Program-made: the position numbers and the translations under genes
Assembly: GCF_022539665.2 (NCBI RefSeq)
Contig: NC_081333.1
Location: forward strand, 10,726,001-10,790,000
Direction: 5' to 3'
Length of the DNA stretch: 64,000 nt
DNA from: Daphnia carinata
Taxonomy: Eukaryota
Shown: positions 37,901 to 50,612 of the stretch, in pieces
How positions within the stretch are numbered: the first letter of the stretch is position 1
Layout: each line of letters starts with the position of its first letter
The notes under the pieces: generated by a model
Told to the model about the DNA's origin: nothing
The model's input: only the letters and a program-made list of their open reading frames with translations
Database searches by the model: none

Positions 37901-40900
37901 GCTGATAAGCTGCCGGTTGCGATTGATCGACTCGTTGGCTCACTTTTGTGAACGGCTTTTGCTTTGATATCCAGTGGTTATATTTTTTTTTACCGACCGA
38001 GATCATGCACCTAAAAAAAAAAAGAAAGAAGAATAGCGGTATCAATAATAAAAGGACATGCCCAAAGAATAGAACCCCCCCCCCCCTCCCCAGTACATTT
38101 AATATAAATTTTCTCTCTCTCTTTTTTTTTTATTGATCAATATCAGATGTTTAGGGCGGTATTCTTTACGGAAGGAATTTATTTTACGGGTAAAAAAAAA
38201 AATAATAAAAAGGCAATCCGTACGAATGCCAGTCATCATTTTTCGGACCGATCAGTCCGATGATTATCCGTGAGAAGAAGAAGAAGCTGCTGAATATTGT
38301 CTGCATTTCGGGTCACAGCCGGCAATACGCACCCTTCTTGTTGACCGACGATTTCAACTGTGTTGTCTGTTACATCTCTCCCCTCTCCCTATAATCAATG
38401 AAAATGAAAATGAAAAAAATGGTATATAACATTCGCGCTGTGTCAGATCTGGTTCGTCACGTCCGACTGGCAGCCGCTAAAAAGTCAACCGTGATCCATC
38501 AAAACCTCAGAAAAGTGTCGTCGCCATCTTTTTTTTATATTTATATACGTTCCCTATTTTCTTCTCTTTCCATCCTAGGAAAAAAAATAAAAGGTGCGGA
38601 TGTCTGTGTGTACACACACGAAACTTGTGTACACATTCATTGACAGCGTGGGCCGATCTTTTCCTTCTCTTTCTCAATCGAAATACCACGGCTATATATA
38701 TACTTACCGGACATGTTTAAGAGTCTATACGTGTGCGTATGTGATTCCATAGTGGAATTGGATGCTCTGGCCCAATCCATCATGAAGCAAAAGGGAGCGA
38801 CGTGGCAGATCGTCGTGGAACCCGGATTCCCTAAAAAGGTAGATATAGGTGAAACACACGCACGCAGTTTTGAATTCTTTTTTTTTTTTTTTTTCACATG
38901 GTAGATGGGGAAAACCTTCATACAAACAGACAGAGAGTGAGAGCATAAATAGTTTCCCCCTTTTTAATGTCTGTCGTCTTTAAAAAAAGAAAAAAAAAAG
39001 GGAATTCCGGCGTTTATTCTTTCACCCTCCGGTGGCACACTCACTTTCGTTTTGGATGTCGTGTTTAAAAATTGGTGGGAATCCAGTGGAATGCATATGA
39101 CAGTTCAGCTGTCGCTATTAAATATAAAAGCAAATATAAATGAGAAGCTAAGACATGACGATTGGCGAACGGAGATATTAAAGCACGAAATTGAATAGAA
39201 TCAAAGTCAACACAGTTCTCTACCCTGCGATCACTGTCTTAAATGATGATGATTAAGAAACAAATTTCATAGAAAAGAGAAAAGGAATGCGCGTTTTCTA
39301 TTTACAAAAACACAGTTTACACACTCACGAAAGAAGCTTGATGAATGACTGGGTCGCTAACCGACACGGTTTCTCTCTTTCCTCTGCTTACGATGCCATT
39401 GCAGCATCGCAAAGAAGGTGACAAACTGACAATGAAACCGATTTCCAAGTTCTAAAAAAAAAAAAAGGAGGGCATTGATAAATGATGGCAGACACGAGAC
39501 GATGGAGGACCAAGATCGCGCACGGATCCAACTCGCATTTATAAAAATACATCCACGTCGACTGTGTTACATTATTCGTAATGTTCAGCCTCGTCTGGTA
39601 CATGAATGTGCATTGTATGAATTGCTACTTTTTTTTTTTTTTCAAACTGTAAATAGCTGCTGGCCTCTGTTATAATCTATTCGGTAAAAAATGTGATGGA
39701 CAAGCGTGATGGACGCCGACCTTAGCAAGTCAAGCGAAAGAGTGTGAGAAAGGCCTCTGCCTTTTTGTCCTATAATTTCTACGTTGCCATGTGAAAAAAA
39801 AAGGAAAAAGGTTATCAATGGTCACGACACGGCCGTCAACTGCAAAACGAAAAGAGAATGAAAGCTGCTTCCCAACTTGTTCTTTCATTCTCGTCATACA
39901 CATATTTTTTTTTTCTTTCCAATTTATCGCAGAGATTGGACGTGTCACGGATGGCTGACGCAGCAACGAACGTGTGCCTCAGCGAAAAACACTCCTCAAC
40001 TGATGCGATTATTTTTTTTTTCGTGAAGATTATTTCCGTAATATCAGAGGTCGATCACCTAAAAATATCGCCCACCTCTCAATGAAAATCAAAGATATTT
40101 TTAGAGAGAACGTCTTGCTTCACTATTTTCCAATTATAGACCCAACATCAGAATATAATTTACACGTCGTCTTCTACTAAACGCGCTCCCGAAAAAAAAA
40201 AAAAACGAAATTCGCAACGGACGGCCATTAGGAAAGGGCCGCATTCCTGGCTCATCGTCCCTGTGCTCCTTTTGCAGCTGATCTCAGACATTATCGAGCA
40301 TCTTTTCCTTTAATTTATGATGCAACTTTCGCTATGCAAAAAGCGCCACGTACCTGTACATGTTATAAGATTCCCGAGGACAAAAGGAAAAGAACAATCT
40401 ATATCATTGAGCTGGTTTGATGCCGATGTTGTCGAACGATAGCCGCGTGAAAGCGGCCGCGTCGACAGCGAGGAAAAAAATAATAGAAGAATAAATGAGA
40501 CAGCAATGCGCAGTATTTTTTGGCCTTTTTCTTTTCGAAGCGACGCGATAGCGCTGCATATAGTGTGTGTAACAACGCGCAATACAATGGCCATAGTATT
40601 TATTTGCATGATTCACGACTTCATTATAATCCTCGGTGAACGAGGTAGAGAAGAGGAATCAGAACTCTATATACACTAATCAGAATATACAGCCGGGCAA
40701 AGAAAAGAAAAAAGAAAACTAACCGATGCCTCTGGGAAACTGTAAAAATTAAATCAATTTATTTCAAGATTTTTTTATTGTTATATTAGTGGGCAGTATA
40801 AATATATCATGACGGAACTTGTCGTTTTCGTCGTTTCAGAGCTATACAAGATAAAAGAAAAAAAAAAAAAATTATCCGCCGCGCCTTGAAAAAAAAATCC

Positions 40901-43900
40901 AAAAACACGACACCCCAATTGGCTGTGTCAACGAATTCATTACGATATCACGATCGGTCATCACTCCATTTCTAAATGGGCTATCTGATGAACGGCTCTA
41001 CCCTCTTTTTTGAAAACGTGATGGAACGTCGCCAGACATCAACGTTCATAATTCGATTTTTTTATTTTCCTGGTTGTTACGACAACGAAATCGGAATTTT
41101 AAAAAAGAAAAATTGGAAAGACTTATCGGACAAGAAGAGCTAAATATATACAGGTACGGAACGTCGACACCTGGGGAGTTTGGCTCTTGCGACACGCAAA
41201 CACACGAACCAAAAAAAAACATAGATAGACGTAAAAGGAAATGTTATATAGCAGCGATGTGCGTATAGCTTGCGCCGAGTTTCTGTCATCAATAAAATGA
41301 TGCAAGGCGAAAATAAAAAGAAAACGAAGCAATGACGCGTATAAGAAGAATAGACGAAAGCTATTGCTGTATAGACGACTGGAAAAAAAAAACAGCTGGA
41401 GCGTGTGTCACGTTATATGCGCCGCACTCTTTTGCTGCTAGATGTATATTTAGGACAGCGTTTTTTCACCATACTTTGAACTGAAATGTAAAGCTGCGAA
41501 GATATCGATCTCCGTGAAGAACAATGTCTGCCCCCATGTGTCGTCCCAGAAAGACAACACACGTTTCCTGCTGATGTACTGTATCCAAATTTGATTGGCA
41601 CGTACCAACATATTGAATGTAGGCTACCAGATGTACGATTAATTATTATTATTAGCCAGCTATATATAGATTTTGTTTATACCGAAAGATAGTCATCCCC
41701 ACTTTCTAAGGCTGGCCCCCAAAACATGCAACACTTGGATAATAACCGAACATCATGCGTATCCTGCATAACTGCGCACACATTGCAATCACGACGGTGA
41801 ACAAACACTCGCGCTATCCACATATACAAAAAAAAAAAAAAGGAATCTATAGCGTTAGAATGAACGCCAACATTTCTCGTTAAAAAGAGCCGATGGAAGA
41901 TGATGTAGCGTGCGGCTTTTCTCCCATTTTCGAACGGCGTGATAAGAAAAAGAAAGAAAGAAAAAAAAGGGAACGTCATTTCACCACCAGCAAATGAACG
42001 AAAGCAATTCGAAAGAAATATGCGTCGTATGGTACCCACGCGACCATTGCTCTTCTTCATGAATTCACCGGTGATGACACGTAGACAGAAAGAGAATGGA
42101 AAGAAGAAGGAAAATTAGGAATCGTTTCGTGTGGTTTTGCGTCACAGTCGGAGATATGCCACAAGAGGTCAGAGGCTCCATTCGATAATGAAAGGTGTCT
42201 GTGCTCTCTTTTTTCTTTTTTTCCATTTCCCTCATGAAGAACGAGAGGGTAGGTGGAGTAAAAAAGGGAATCTTAAGGCATTCAACTGTCTCTTTCAGAG
42301 TGCAGGTATACAAAGTTTCCTTGATATTTAGACGATGGTAGAACCCTGCTCGGATGTGTGCCGACATTTTCGTTGGAAACTGAGGGTATGAGAGAGTGTG
42401 TTGTAATTCGACCTGTTATCATCAGCAAGGGTGATGATACCGGTGAGAGAAAGAAGAGCGAGAAAAGACAATGGCTGGGAAATATTCATATCGAGAACAA
42501 CAGTCTCACGGGCTGACACCGAGCCAACAATTCAACCGAAACTCGAAGAAATACAATAAGAAAAAATAGAAATAATAAGAACTTTTGGGTTGAATTATCA
42601 AAACAGGACTGTCGTCTGAATGAAAAAAAAAGAGAAAAGAATTATTTTTAGAATTATTTCTTTTTTTCTCAAAAAAAACTGTCTCTCATTCATCATTATT
42701 CATCAGATCCATGCAACTTCGAGGAAAGCGTGAGACATAATACGTAATCTTTTATTTCCCTTTTCTTGCTATCCTCTAGTCTTTTTCTTTCGATTCTTCA
42801 TTCAAAAGGGGAATACCAATGCCATGTTCTACATTGCATATAGACCCTGAATCTAGTTTGTTTTGTTTTTTTCTCCCAAACATTTGAAATCTCTCCGTTA
42901 GAAGTTATGATAACTGTTTGTGTTTACGCATACATACCCACCGGAAAATTCCGATGAATTTCACTCTTCTCACGCCCGCATTTTTTCGAACCAAATAGGG
43001 GTCGTCCTTATAAAATCGAGTTGTTTATTCAACAGTGAACAAAAATATCGTAACAAGTTTCAACTGAACATCCAAGTGAGAAAACATCACATTTTGTAAT
43101 CACTTCTGTACGTTAAAACGAGAAACGTTTTGCTACAGCTTGCAGGTCAATCCATCACGCGTCCATCAGCAAGTCACTGCTGCGAACTACGTTTTCTCTT
43201 CGTACAGAGGTGGGTGGCTGCTTGTCCATGTATTGAATAAGAATAAGAAAAGAAAAACTGGTCCAAAATAGATATAAATGACTATTGATATTGATCTGGA
43301 ACTCGACGTGTAACACACAACAGAGATGTATACAGTACAAAAAAAAAATGGAAAACGATCAGTCATCGTGCGATGGGGAATGTGTGCGACGGTTGAATGA
43401 GGGAAGGAATTGAAAAAAAATCTCTCATCACCTTGTCCAACGAGAACAACCAGAAGCAAAACGGCGTAACAAAACAAGACATGCAATGCGGCTATTCGAT
43501 TTCTGTCGCTTTTCATCATTTTTCTTTTCGTTTTTTTATTATTTGACTCTGATGTGGGGTCTACTGTTTCCATCACCTGGTAGCTGAAGAAAAAAAAAAA
43601 GCGGATCACAAAATTCTTGTGGTATGAATTCCATCACCGATTGCTCCTTCCGTTTTCGAAACTGGACTCGTCTTGTGAGATCACTATTAACCGACATGCA
43701 CGTACATAACTGATGTGTTCCTCTTTCTTTGCCTCCGACACGAGAAAATGAATTTTCTTTTTTCTTTTTCGTTGCATTTTCAAATTTTTTTGATGATGGA
43801 AGGCCACCATTTTGATTTTTCGTGGGAACGACGAAACTCATCAGTTCACGATCGCTCTCGCTTGTTGTTCTTTTGTTTTTTATGAACAACGTGATTATTT

Positions 43901-46900
43901 AGCCTGCAATAACTTTTGGCGTGGTTAACGGGCTTAAAGAAATTAGATTTTTTTTTATTTTTTACAGTACGTGGTGGCTATCCTGCATTAAAAAATGTCG
44001 ATGGGATTTCGACGATTTGCTACGACGCCATTTCTTCCGAAAACAAACGGAGGAGTTTTCGTATTTTGCAGGGTGGGCGGCATTGGGGAGGAGAACAACC
44101 GCACACAAAATACTCATCGATTGGGTTCGTTGATATTCGATTTCAGATTGCTGTCTGTAGCTTTTCTTTTTTTTCACATTACCCTCGTCGACAGGGAAAG
44201 AACACGCATTAAAAAAAAAACAACCGAAAATCTGAAAAGTACTTTGGATTTGACTGGATGCGCATGTTTTGGAAGGCGCCGGGCTAGTAAAAAAAATCGA
44301 CTGCCGTGCTTTCTAATTATAGGCACACCAACAACAACTGCTGGATACGACCGACGTCCTCCCGCTCTACACGTGCGTACGCTATCACCGTGCAGGACGA
44401 CGAGCCCGAACGGAGAGCACCGAGATGTGAGTCAAACTTGGTGTTCTTAAACGAAAAAGCCATAAATGAGCACAGAGAAAAAAAACCAAAACGTTCTCAT
44501 TACACTGGGTACTATCCGAGAAAAACGATGAAAAAAAACAAGGCAATGCCACGATCTTGAAATGATGCGCAAGAAGACGATTGTGCGATATTAAGGCGTG
44601 GGACGGCCTCCGCCTTTTCAAAACGCAATTCGACCCAATCGAATTGTTTTAGCGACTTTATTGCATTTCTTTTTATTCGTTTTGCCTTTCCCAATAGTTC
44701 GTTGAGTGCCTTTTCTTTCCACGTGTATGCGCGATCGCGACTTCAACTGTATTTTCAAGAACCCGGATGAAGAGATTAAATTATTGTGTGGAGAATAAAA
44801 CAAAGCATTTTCTTTTTACTTTGCCTTCGCTATTTGCTTGTTGCAGTCAACGCCTCTGTATATATTTATCGTGTATGAATACAAATCTTAAACAAATGAG
44901 CTCGAAAGTTTTTTTTTTCTTTTTATATCTAACACCAACTCCTCCCCTATTTTCTTTCTCTATCAGAGCGAGTCTTTATTTTCATTTTTTTTTAAATTTC
45001 TTTCTCTCTCTCCGGGTCCTCGTGTTTTCATTTGCAACTCGCTGACGTTATCGCTCGTCTGTTGTAATAGACACAAGACAACAATAGCTACGTGCGCAAG
45101 CACGGCACAATGCAATGCGAGATTCTATAAAGCTTCGTAAGAGAGTTGTCGCTGACATACCGGTACTCACCTGCGCGTGAATTATTGCCGATGCGCGCCC
45201 ACTGATACGCCGCACGCTAAGGGGCAGCGTGCGAAACTCTTGATGCCTTCATCATCATCAAATATATTACAAGACAAAAGAATTGCAACGTGAAAGGAGG
45301 ACGTGGCCCTCACAACTTGCGCGGTTGATTTTTTTTAACTCTTTCGCTTGTTGGTTTCACTTTGAAAAACAAAAAAACAAAAATTAATTCTTTCTCCCTG
45401 ATTTCGGTTGTTGTCTTTCTCGCGCATCTTGTTTATTTATAACATTGGCTTTTTTTTTTTTACTAGCTGTATCGTTGGATTTTTTTTCGCTTGTATCCCA
45501 CGACATTAAAAATAAGCCGCCGAGAAAGTCCACCGATAAAATATAAACAGAATTCATCTGAATATAAAAAAAAAGAAGCAAAACAAAGAAAATGACATTA
45601 CGCGTTGCGTCCCTTTATTTTTTTTCTCTCCAGAAAACTGGAACCTAAAAATAGAATCTTTTTTTCTTCGTAAATACAGCAGTTATTCTCTTCCTGTATA
45701 ATACACGGTGAGAAAGTGAAACAAAAACGAAGAAGGTCGATGACGTCGGGCAGTAATTGATTAAAATAACCACACACACAAAAAAAAGAAAGAGCCAACA
45801 AACGGACAAACAAGAAAGAAGCGCACGGTAGCTGTAGCCAATCCAGCCATTGAAGAAATACGATGGATGTTGTGGATTTCCGTCCTATTGTGAGCGAATT
45901 GTATTCTTCCGATAGCAGCCTTTTGCCTGCCCATGAAAACTAGATCGACGTCAATGATACTTGCACGTCTTGACCATTGGCCGCCCGCACAATGGCACAA
46001 GAAAAACTGTCGACACAATCACAGTGGGGACCGATGGCCCGCCACCGGGCAGACTCTCTTTTGCCATTCATAGCATTTTCGTTATATCCAGAAAAAGAAA
46101 GGTGTAGAATGGTAAGAAAAAAGACGGGGGGAGATGCATAGCATGGGAAATAACAAGGAATGAATGTATAAGAAAAAGGGGTTGTTTCCTTCCAGCGGAG
46201 AAGGTTATTTCTCGTAAATCTATATTATTTTTCATTCCGCCAGGTCAACATGTTCTCCCGTTATTGAAAATAGATCGACCGATGGATTTCCGATTTCGCT
46301 TTTCTTTTTCTTTTTCCCACACTATGTCTACATGTGAAAGAGGGGGGGTTCCCGGCTTCCCACCCCACAAAATATCGTTATTCTCTCGGTCGGGGTTGTT
46401 GAGCACCTTAAGGGATCTCAGGTACATAACAAAACAAAAAATACCATTTTTAGTTTGTTGTACACTTAAAAAAAAAAGGGGGGGAGGCAATATAATGGCA
46501 TACCTGTTTTTGCTCTAGTAAAAATGTGCGCATAAAACTATGCGAATTGGCGAGTAACAATCACGAGCAAGGTCATCCAACGGGGGGTGGAACTGAAGAC
46601 TCAAAACACAGCAAACAGAAGAAACGAGTGTACACTTGTATGTGCCCAATCAGCTACAAAACTGGGGCAAAACAAAAATTTCGAAAAACAAATGATATGG
46701 GGGTCAACCCATTGCTTTTTTTTCTCTTTCGATCTTGAAGTGGATGGCTCATTAAACTAACAACAGGGTACCCACAACGAGGCTTTTTGGCTTATCTTAT
46801 CTTTTTTGCAATAAACGCTGTCATTAAGAAATCAGCTCTTTGATTTACTTCCAGTTTATTTTTGGGCTCTTACTTTGTATGGGCAATGCGATTGGCACAT

Positions 46901-49544
46901 CAGACGAGTCATCGAATCAAACAAGAAACGACCGCATTTCCGCGCGTATAAATAAATCGATTTCAATTTCTAAACACGTACTGGGAATAAAAATAAAAAT
47001 AATAAATAGCCAAATTTCTTTTTTAGCTCTCCTTCATCAGTTGTCAAGGAAAAATCCATTTTTATCAAATCCAAATGCAGACAATGCCAACTTGTTTTTC
47101 TTGTCCTGTTTCCAAACGTCTTCCTTTGTCGTTAAGAAACGAGACGACCGGTTTCCCCACATTCGCCCGTGAAAAGGAGCGAAATACAAGGTGAACCCTT
47201 TCCATCCCGCTGCGCGATCGATTTAACAGCGAAAGTAAAGCAGAGCGCCATGGGAAAACATTCGCGAAAGGGTTCTTTTTCCTTTTCATATCACATAGGA
47301 AATAAGGAAAAGTGTTCTTTTTTTTTTCCTCCTTCAACTCTTTTCAGGAAGAAACAAGGTCAAAGTCTAGCCCTATGTATAACGATGCATTTTCCAGGTC
47401 CTTGTGTACATACCTTTTTTTCATACGTGTCGCTTGACCTGAGATTTTCCCACGCACACCGACGCCGCCGATATAGCAGGTCGTTGTTTATGCACTTGTT
47501 TGTGCACTCGGCTGCATAAGGGAGTAAGACCCAGTGGGATCGTACACGGTCAGTGAAGTGGGGGGGACAAATAACGAAAAAGAAAGTATAAAAAGGTAAA
47601 AATAAGAACATGCATCATCCTTTTCGCTCTTTTATGAAGGAGGGGAGGCTTGAGGAAAAAGCAATTCAATGATGAGGAAAGGGGAAATCAAAGGAGAGCG
47701 GCATCCGGTTGTCTTTTCTCTCATCCATCCTTATTTAAAAATAAAAAGGGACTCAGACCGTCTCCACCCCTACGCTGATAATCACCTGACATTGTCTTGT
47801 GTCAAAATCTGCTGTCCACCCTTTCCCTCACGGTTGACATTCGTCCCCAATGAAAGTTGATCACTCATCTTTTCTTTCTTTTTTTTTTTTTTCGCTCTCA
47901 TTTTTTGTTTTCCTGCTACCTGAAAAAAAAAATAGTGAATCTCTTCCGACTTGGCATTTCAAATTCCGACAAAGAAAAGAAAAGGGTAAAAAAAGGAAGA
48001 CAAGCTATTTGTCAATTTGAATTCAAATCGGATAAAGCCGGCCGACAGTTTGACCTCGAAATTCGTTCCGTAAATCAAAACAAAAAAAAAAAAAAAAGGA
48101 AAAACCGCTCGTATAACGTTTGATATTGTCATCGATTGCTGTCTGTGTTTTTAAAAAGTTAATTTAATGAGGTGCAGACTTAATGCAAGAGAGGGGAGCG
48201 AGAAGCGGATGAACTGCTGTACACAGGTGGGTGTTGATGGAGGTCAGCGTGAAGTTAACGAACCGAAAAAAGAAAATGAGTTTAAAGAAAAACCGCACAG
48301 CACCAATCCGTTTTAAATAAATAAAAACAAAAACGGTTCAGCATAGGAATAATCTGATTAGCATTTAAAAATCCGATTGACTGTCTGTCTATGTTTACAC
48401 AAAGCTTTATTTTTTCTGTTCCAGAAGAATGAAAAAAAAGGGGTTGAAAGCCCCATCGTCTTCGAACTTAATGAGCAAACAAAAACTCAATAAGCCGAAA
48501 AGGAAAAAGAAACAAAAATACTCGATATTAAGAGTTCATTTTTTTGTTTTGTTTCTTATGGTACCGATGAGAAAAAAGAGGCTCACGATGAGAAAATAAT
48601 AATGAACGCGCGCGCGAGGTTCAAACGCGAGTTTAGCCCTCATTTCCTTAGCTAAATGCCGCGACTATTACGTATAGCGGATACATTTTTTTTTTTGGCA
48701 TTACGTTTGTTCAAACTCTGTGTGTTTTGTTGTACTAAGAATAAAGATCAACCGCCGCGTGCCTCAGTCGATTTGGAAATCTTTTTTAATGAAAACTTTG
48801 GCCTTATTCTTGTTGTTTGTTGTTAAAGGCCTCTTTATGTTCCTTTAAATATTAGCGTGCTTCTTTGTTTCTTCGTTTACTTCCATTTTCGGGCCTTTTT
48901 TTTTTGTGTGTGTGTGTGTTGTTGTTGAGAGACAAATCGTCGTGGACTAACAATGAAGCAAGGGAGCGACTATAGCCGACCCCCACGCATTTCAAAAAGA
49001 AACTCCGAACGAGTTCGCTGTACACAGTCCGGCAAGGAAGTTTTTATGTATGATAACTGCTCTGTAATTAGGGGTCGTAGCTGGGACGGCAGCAGACAAG
49101 TCGATCAATCACTGCACGATCGAAGCTCTATGCTCTCTTCTATACTTTCCTCCTCCTCGGCTAACTATTCACGCAGCGTGTAATTATCGCATCGATTCAT
49201 TATGCGCCTCAAACGGACCGAAGAAAAGGGCAGCAGCGTCTGAGGAAAGCAGCAAAAGCAAATGGGCATTCAACCATTTATTGAACTCTCAGCACTTCCA
49301 TTTTTTTGCTTTTGTTTCGTTTTAAAAAGTACGCATTTGGAAATTCTAGCATCTGGATTGTGCAAGAAGTTTTGACTTAACTTTGTTGCTTTGGTACGTT
49401 CTGTTTGGTTTCGCTTTTCCTCCCTTGGTTGACAGCGTTTCATTTCCCTGAATGTTAAACATTTCTACAGGACACTATTTAACGCACGTTCAACAGATGC
49501 GAATAGTTCTTTGGTTCCGTTTTATGTGAACATACTCGTAATCA

Positions 49545-50612
49545 AAAGGAAAAGTTATATGGTCGGAACCAGCGTTCAACTGAGGTAGTAACAGATTTCA
49601 TCGAATTCCAAGTGAAAATTTTTAGCTCGATTTATAATTTTTGAGTAATGTGAATCAAAAGCGGTTGCACTTAAAAAACCGATTAAAGCGACGAAAGCCT
49701 ACGATTTATTAAAAACTATGCTATTAACGGGGAAATGAATAGCTTATTTTCAATCAGCGATTAATATTAAGTGTATCGTGCGATTTTTATCGAATTCCAT
49801 GAGACATGGTTTTTTGCCGATTTTGACAAAAGTGAGAAGGGTATAGCCTTCCCACTTTTTGAGTTTTGGCTAAAATCTAGATTTCATTAAAAATACACCA
49901 TTTTGATCCGCAATTAAACGAGGAGCGCAAAAATGGGCTTTGGTTTGACGTGGGACTGGTAGTTTTTGAATGAAACATAATAAACAGACGAACTTATTGT
50001 TTTCGCGTACGGGCATTTTCGTTCCATTTATTTCGAAAACGGCTAGTTTGATAATAAAATGAGTTACATTTTTAAAATTCGCATTCAATTCTGAGCCTAT
50101 CGAGTGGTTTTTATTGATTTCCAAGAGATTTTGGTTTTTGGCCGATTTTGACAAAAGTGAGAAGGCTATAGCCTTCCCACTTTTCCATTTTTGGCTAAAA
50201 CCTAGATCTCGTTACAAATACATGATTTCCATCGAAAGTTGAATGAGGATCACGAAAATCGACCTTATTTTCTCGTGGGACTGATAGTTCCAGAGTTATT
50301 CGACTTTAAAGTGGTTGCGGGGCTTAATTAATAAGCCCGACAAAATAAGCCAGCCAAAATAAGCCCGACATTTAATATTTTTTTTTTTGTTATTTTTAAA
50401 AACACAGGTATGGCTTCTAAATGGATAACTTTTTCTAAATCGGCGTTCAATTGTGATTATAATGCGTGGTTTTTGGAGAAGGCTATAGCCTTCTCACTTT
50501 TTCAATTTTGGCTAAAATTTAGATTTCACTGAAAACACATCATTTCGATTCAAAATTCAACGAGGATCATGGAAAACGACATTGTGTGGGACTTGCGGTT
50601 TTCGAGTTAGGA
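49545..50612. mobile_element. Foldback/MITE-like palindromic tandem repeat, array B (three units plus degenerate 5' part)
   Basis: Palindrome variants at 49828-49859, 50153-50184 and 50476-50495 (the last has an upstream deletion). Same flanks as array A, and AATAAGCC(C/A)G triplicated at about 50330-50370. Boundaries are approximate. Confidence 0.7.

Noticed and set aside
38713..38904. Possible micro-exon (…ccatag…aag|gtagat)
   Set aside because: No polypyrimidine tract, no partner exons and no homology I can recognise.
49870..50154. 94-aa minus-strand ORF inside repeat array B
   Set aside because: No equivalent ORF appears in the track for the homologous units, so it is probably a chance ORF.
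31499..50495. Palindromic repeats as a CRISPR-like array
   Set aside because: Eukaryotic context, inter-repeat sequences about 300 bp long and homologous to each other rather than unique spacers, and no cas genes.
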